DNA of 64,000 bases from Eledone cirrhosa. Lineage: Eukaryota. Location: positions 238,328,001-238,392,000 of the forward strand of contig OZ024742.1 in NCBI GenBank assembly GCA_964016885.1. Direction: 5' to 3'. Numbering within the stretch: position 1 is the stretch's first letter; the number at the start of each line of letters is the position of its first letter. A program made the position numbers and the translations under genes. The notes beneath the pieces were generated by a model. It was given only the letters and a program-made list of their open reading frames with translations, did no database searches and had not been told where the DNA came from. Positions 58,786 through 64,000 of this stretch are shown piece after piece.

Positions 58786-59694
58786 ATACATAGATATATA
58801 CATATATACGATGGATCTCTGCACAGTTTCCGTCCACCAAATTTCATTCACATAGCCTTGGTCAACCACAGGTTAGACACTTGCTCAGGATGCAAAGTAG
58901 TGGAACTGAACCCAAAGCTACGGGGTTGTGAAGCAAACTCTTCACCCACACAGACATGTTTACACCTTTACACCTATATAAACATACAACTATCCAGGTT
59001 GTTCTTTCTTTTAACCCTTTTACGACCATATTTCTAACAAAAGATACCACCGATGGCTTTTATCAGGTGGCGACTTTACAGAGTCGTTAGGGTGTCGGTT
59101 TCAATACCTTAGTATTTGTTCCGGCTCACTGATTCAAATTCCACAGAAGTCAACTTTACCTTTCATCCATTCGGAGGGTATAGTTAAAGTACCAAACGAG
59201 GTAGGGTGGATAGACAGACATGTAAAAGAATCGGAGGGAGAGATTTCGTGATATCTGAACTGACTCTGTGAGTTCTGAGTTCAATTCCTGCCTCATTCTT
59301 CCGGGAGCTGCAACTAACACATAATACCAGCAATGGAAAGATATATAGAAACATGTTATACTTATTTCGATTTGACGATCAACCTTTAATGATTTTCAAA
59401 TAATTTTGAAAATAATCAAGGAATTTGGAAATGTTTAGAAATATAACTAACTTTCTAATTATTTCGCCAGAAACATAACTTAAAGGTTCATGTATAAAAT
59501 TATTATGGGAGCTTTTAGATAACTATAGATATCTTAACACTTTTCTTACCATATTTCTACCGAACGATAATGACTATGATTTTTAAATCATCTTGAAAAT
59601 ACTCAGGAATTTGGAGGAATTTAGTAATAAAAGTAACTTTCTCATTATTAAGCTAGTATTTCGAATATAGCTTAACAAAGGTTCTTATCAATTC

Positions 59695-59809
59695 TATTTT
59701 CGCTTTTGTGATGTCTCCTTTCCTTTACTCAATATAAATCACATGCTTTGTTGTTTTTGTTCTTATATTGTCCTCAATGTTTTTGGCACTAGTGGCCAAT
59801 AAAAGAAAT
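59695..59809 (+). mobile_element. Decayed Tx1-like 3' UTR end
   Basis: tattgtcc...gtggccaataaaagaaat parallels 14555-14597. Confidence 0.6.
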
Positions 59810-60174
59810 GATTATTATAGGAAGTGTTATAGCTATTTCCAGACGAATTTCCAGCTACCAAAATTTCCTAGCTGTCATCCAAAAGTGACAGTAATTTATG
59901 AATAAATCTACAGGTCTGCATTGTTGTTATTACATCTGGTATATCATGTGCCTGGTTGTACCATTCCTGAGATATCTTTCTGGAATATAGTTTCGTCTTC
60001 CATGAGAAAACATTTCTGGATATCCTGCACTAGATGCAGAAGTTTTCTCGCTTTTTATTAGTTTCTTGAAGTTATTTTCAACACTTTCTATTCCTCCGCA
60101 AAGACTACCCACAATTACTTTACTATCTGCTCTTGGTGATCCTTACGTTTTTCATTATTACTATATGTGTGAGG

Positions 60175-60380
60175 GTGGCGGATTGGTAGTATCGGTAGAG
60201 CGTCGGATACCATGCTTCGGGGCATAGTTACGGCCCTTTACGTTCTGAGTTCAAATCCCGCCGAGATTAGCTTTGCCTTTCAACCTTATGAGGAAGCACC
60301 AGTAATGCACTGGGTAGATTTAATCGACTTTCCCCTCTCCCCAAATTGCTGGCCTTGTGCCTATAGTAGAAATCATTATT
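60175..60380 (+). mobile_element. SINE (diverged)
   Basis: Consensus match with internal deletion. Confidence 0.82.
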
Positions 60381-60666
60381 ACTGTCTGTGTTTTTCTCTT
60401 CCTTCAGTTTTGTTTCCATTTCTTACCGAGCGTCTTCCCGACATCTAAGGCAGAGAAACACACTGCATACATTGATAAGCCACAAAAAGATAATCACACC
60501 AAATTGTTCATGTCACGCACTTTACACAGTTACAAGTATATCATTTGCTTTATATATGTACACTTTACCCGTTTAAAATCATATTTACAACCTAACGATA
60601 TTCAATCTCATAAAAGTGGTCGGTCATTTGCAACTTAGATAATTAGAATATAATCTAATAAAGTTA

Positions 60667-61067
60667 CCGTATTTCCAGGCGTCGAAGACGCTACTTTTTC
60701 CATAAAATAAGTCTCAAAAATCTACCATGCGTCCTGGAGGCCGAAGGTTGTATATTATTTTTTTTCAAATAGGACAGTGGATTGGCAGTATCGGTAGAGT
60801 CAGACACTATGCTTTGCAGCATAGAGTTACGGTCCTTTACGGTCTGAGTTCAAATCCTGCCGAGATAAACTTTGCCTTTCATCCTTACGGGGTCGATAAA
60901 ATAAAGCACCAATAACGTACTAGGGTCGATTTAATCGACTTTCCCCTCCCCCTAAATTACTGGCCTTGTGCCTATACTAGAAATCATTGGGTTTTTTTCA
61001 AAATTTTGGTTGTCAAAATTAGGGTGCGTCCTCGAGGACGAAGCATCTTCGGTGCCGGGAAATATGG
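60667..61067. mobile_element. pogo/Tc2-like MITE with a nested SINE
   Basis: TA|CCGTATTTCC ... GGAAATATGG|TA termini. Internal TGCGTCCT.GAGG.CGAAG subterminal repeats. Confidence 0.75.
60771..60988 (+). mobile_element. SINE nested in the pogo-like MITE
   Basis: Consensus match, long-tail subtype. Confidence 0.88.
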
Positions 61068-61099
61068 TATGTGAAAAAGTTACATAGATGATTATCATT

Positions 61100-61760
61100 C
61101 TCACAGCGGTAGTGTTCTTCTCAATAGGTGCGCCGTACCAGTTAAAACAATTTTTTGTAGCTCTTGCAGTGATGGTAAGCCAGGGATCATTCACAAATAA
61201 TTTTCTGTTCCCTTTTTCATCAAGCCGAGTGCCCCTATAATCACTGGTATTGTAAGCCCCTTCATATGCCACATTTTTTCAATTTCAAAGAATACATTTT
61301 TATAGTTTCTAAGCTTGTTAAATTCTTTTGTCGCAATATTGTGATCACATGGGATCCTCATATCAATCAATAATCAGACTTTGTTATTTGGGTATTTTAC
61401 AATAATATCCGGTCAGTGACCTTTCATGGTTCTGTCTGTATATACAGGAAAGCACCAAAGAATCGTTACATATTCTCCCTCAGTTACAGCCTCAGGGTGA
61501 TGCTTATACCACTTGTCATCAGTTTTGATTATATATTAACCAGTGTAGATACTGGCCAACTACCTTGATTTATACTCTACTATAGCTAAAACTTTACATC
61601 CAGAGTAGATCCAAAGTGTCGATTCTGCAATGATGTGATTTGGATCTTCTCCGATTCTCATCACATTCGGTTGATAATTCTAAGTTAATAAGCTTTGATC
61701 TTGAGCAGCTAAGATGACGCCTTCACTCTCTGCCTTTATCCCTTAGCTACGTAGCGATGT
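61100..61760 (-). mobile_element. Old R4/Dong-like RLE-domain fragment
   Basis: Resembles 7580-7760 (atcactggtattgtaa, gatcattcacaaata). Minus strand shows decayed AETEG/AAQDQ and KWYKHHPE-like motifs. Confidence 0.6.
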
Positions 61761-61884
61761 TTGTTATGGGTCACATATTTCTCGATGTTAAATGTCCATG
61801 CCCTTTTTTCTCAACCATTAATTTTACTTACTTTGCAACAACAGTTGCCACAGTTCTTTCGGTTTGTCCGGCCTGGATATTAGT

Positions 61885-62337
61885 TACTAGCCCTGAAAAA
61901 TGCGCAAGCTCAAAAGAGCCACAGAATGTTATAATAAACCTTCAAAGGTGTGGGACTAGAGTTGTTGCTCAAAAATATTGTAATCATTATCTATCGTCCA
62001 CTCTGTGGCATCCTTTTATTAAAAAAAAAAGAGACTCATAACGAACTCAAGTCGACACGATTATTATTTAAGCTAATGTTCAATATCTCATATTAGATGT
62101 TTAGTAATGATTATTACGAAATGCACTTAAACCGAATTCTATATTATAAATTCACTTAAATAATTATCGTGTCGTCTTGAGTTCGTTATGAGTCTCTTTT
62201 TTATAAAAGGATGCCACAGAGTGTACGATAGATAATAATTACAATATTTTTGAGTAACAACTCTAGTCCCACACTTTTGAAGGTTTATTATAACATTCTG
62301 TGGCTCTTTTGAGCTTGCGCATTTTTCAGGTGTAGTT
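61885..62337. repeat. Fold-back/MITE-like element, ~180-bp inverted arms
   Basis: 61891-62071 is the reverse complement of 62156-62330, with an ~85-bp AT-rich spacer. Confidence 0.85.
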
Positions 62338-63316
62338 TAATTTTTTTTTAAGGCAATGCTTGTAATAACTCTAGTTAAACAATATATATATTAATAATAA
62401 ATTATCGTTGTAATGTAATTAGATTATATAATTGTTATTTTATAAATGATCTTATAAATATTATTGTAAGATGTGTAAAAATATTTTCAGACTTTTAATA
62501 TAAACAACTACAAAAAACAATCAATATTAAATAAATATATTTTACATAATAATTATTATAGTTGAATTAATAAAAATTAAATATTACGTACAAATAGTCT
62601 AACATAATAATAATAAAATAATCTAACATAAAAGGAACAATAATATGGACAAATATACAAGTAAATATGGTACAACCAATATTATAAGCATGTTATAACG
62701 AACTGAAAAAAAAATAGTTAATATACATTTAAAAAATCATATATAAATTAACAATATAACTTACCAAAACGAGAAAAATATTTTGATGTTAAACGACGAA
62801 ATACAGGAGGAAGATTCGAAAGCGAAACGATAAATAAACGTGCAAACAAAATGGTGGATGCTTTTGAGCAACAATTACTCTCGTTGGTTAATTAGCCAAT
62901 AAGACGATGAAATTAGCCAATAAGACGATACATTACAAAACATTTTGGCAGGGATCACCACGGCCAGCGATACCCCTTGAATTGTTTATTCACAAGCTAC
63001 GCATATATGTCAGAACACGCAGACATAAAACATTCTGTTGTTAGTCACTGCGTGTCTAACAGATGAGATCAGTAGCAAATTTTTGGATCTTTTTCAAATA
63101 TCAAATGAAGCTTCATTCCTATGTTTTCCATATTCTTACGTTTTTCAATGAGTTTTAGCATCCAATCGTTTGTAGTTTCAAGATATTTGGCCAGTCCAAT
63201 AGTGGTGGTTTTGTAACAGTTCAAACTGAGTCATGCCTCGACCTCCTTGAGTTTTGGGAAGGTAAAGACGATCCACATCTGCTTTTAAGTGGTGTAAATT
63301 ATTATTATTATTATTG

Positions 63317-64000
63317 TTCTTTGAGTCTCAGTCATTGATGTTAGTTAACTGGAAAGTTTGTTGAAATGAATATCAAGCCGCTACCTGCAGCCTCAGATAT
63401 TCAGAACATATCGGAGGGTTCTTGCTGTTCCCAGCAAGCATGCCTTTTGAAGCGTTCCAAAAAGCGTGGCGGGGCCAATTTTCTTTAACCATCCTGGAAA
63501 CTTTTTGAGATAGTACCTAGTGCGCCTATGACAATCGGGACCACTTTGACTTCATGGCAGTTCCAAATCCTTTTTACCTCCCACTTTATGTCCTGGTATC
63601 GGTTAATTTTCTCCCTCTCCTTCCCTTGCACTCTCGTGTCGAATGGGCAGGCCACATCCACAATCAGGCGCGATCTTTTTTTCCTTGTCCAAAACCACCA
63701 GGTCAGGTCTATTGTGTACCAGTTTCTTGTCCGTCTGTATCCTAAAATCCCACAGCACCTTCACCTGATCGTGTTCTATCACCGACTCTGGCTCATACCA
63801 CTTCTCAGAATGTGGTAAATTGTTTACTTTGCATAGGTGCCAGTTGATCACCCTGCCCATCACATCACGTCTCCAGCCCTTATAGTGAGTCTGGGCTAGG
63901 TGCTTACACTCGGATACAATGTGAGCCACAGTCTCCTCTCTCTCTTCACAGATCCTGCACAGTGGGCTAGCCTCCTCCTTGTAAATAGGGTGTTTCAACC
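63317..64000 (-). mobile_element. Second copy (3' end) of the R4/Dong-like element, runs off the window
   Basis: Closely matches 25290-25960 including the 3' UTR. Again abuts a (TAA)n tract. Confidence 0.88.

Overview
AT-rich, microsatellite-dense eukaryotic DNA, very probably octopus or another coleoid cephalopod (inferred from the SINE family and repeat landscape). The whole window lies inside one + strand TRPC (canonical TRP channel) gene. Four internal coding exons (3050-3541, 46246-46422, 50848-51012, 57881-58139) splice in frame across introns of up to 42.7 kb. The introns hold a near full-length Tx1-like LINE, a near full-length R4/Dong-like RLE retrotransposon plus fragments, many tRNA/Nin-domain SINEs, and mariner, Tc1 and pogo-type remnants. 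There are also a Helitron-like element, CR1 and RTE scraps, and a decayed Penelope-like RT. Two things stand out. (1) More than a dozen short non-coding elements from unrelated sequence families sit in (TA)n tracts as asymmetric inverted duplications. Most carry a minimal type I hammerhead ribozyme motif with a palindromic stem III. The short arm repeatedly ends at an internal TA, and the fold-back centre often coincides with hammerhead stem II or the cleavage site. This looks like a Penelope-like/retrozyme-like, TA-targeted retroposition system. (2) A SINE-interrupted endogenous parvovirus-like capsid fragment (19838-20665) is followed by a 38-bp tandem array. All folding and homology calls were made by eye and need Infernal/HMM confirmation.
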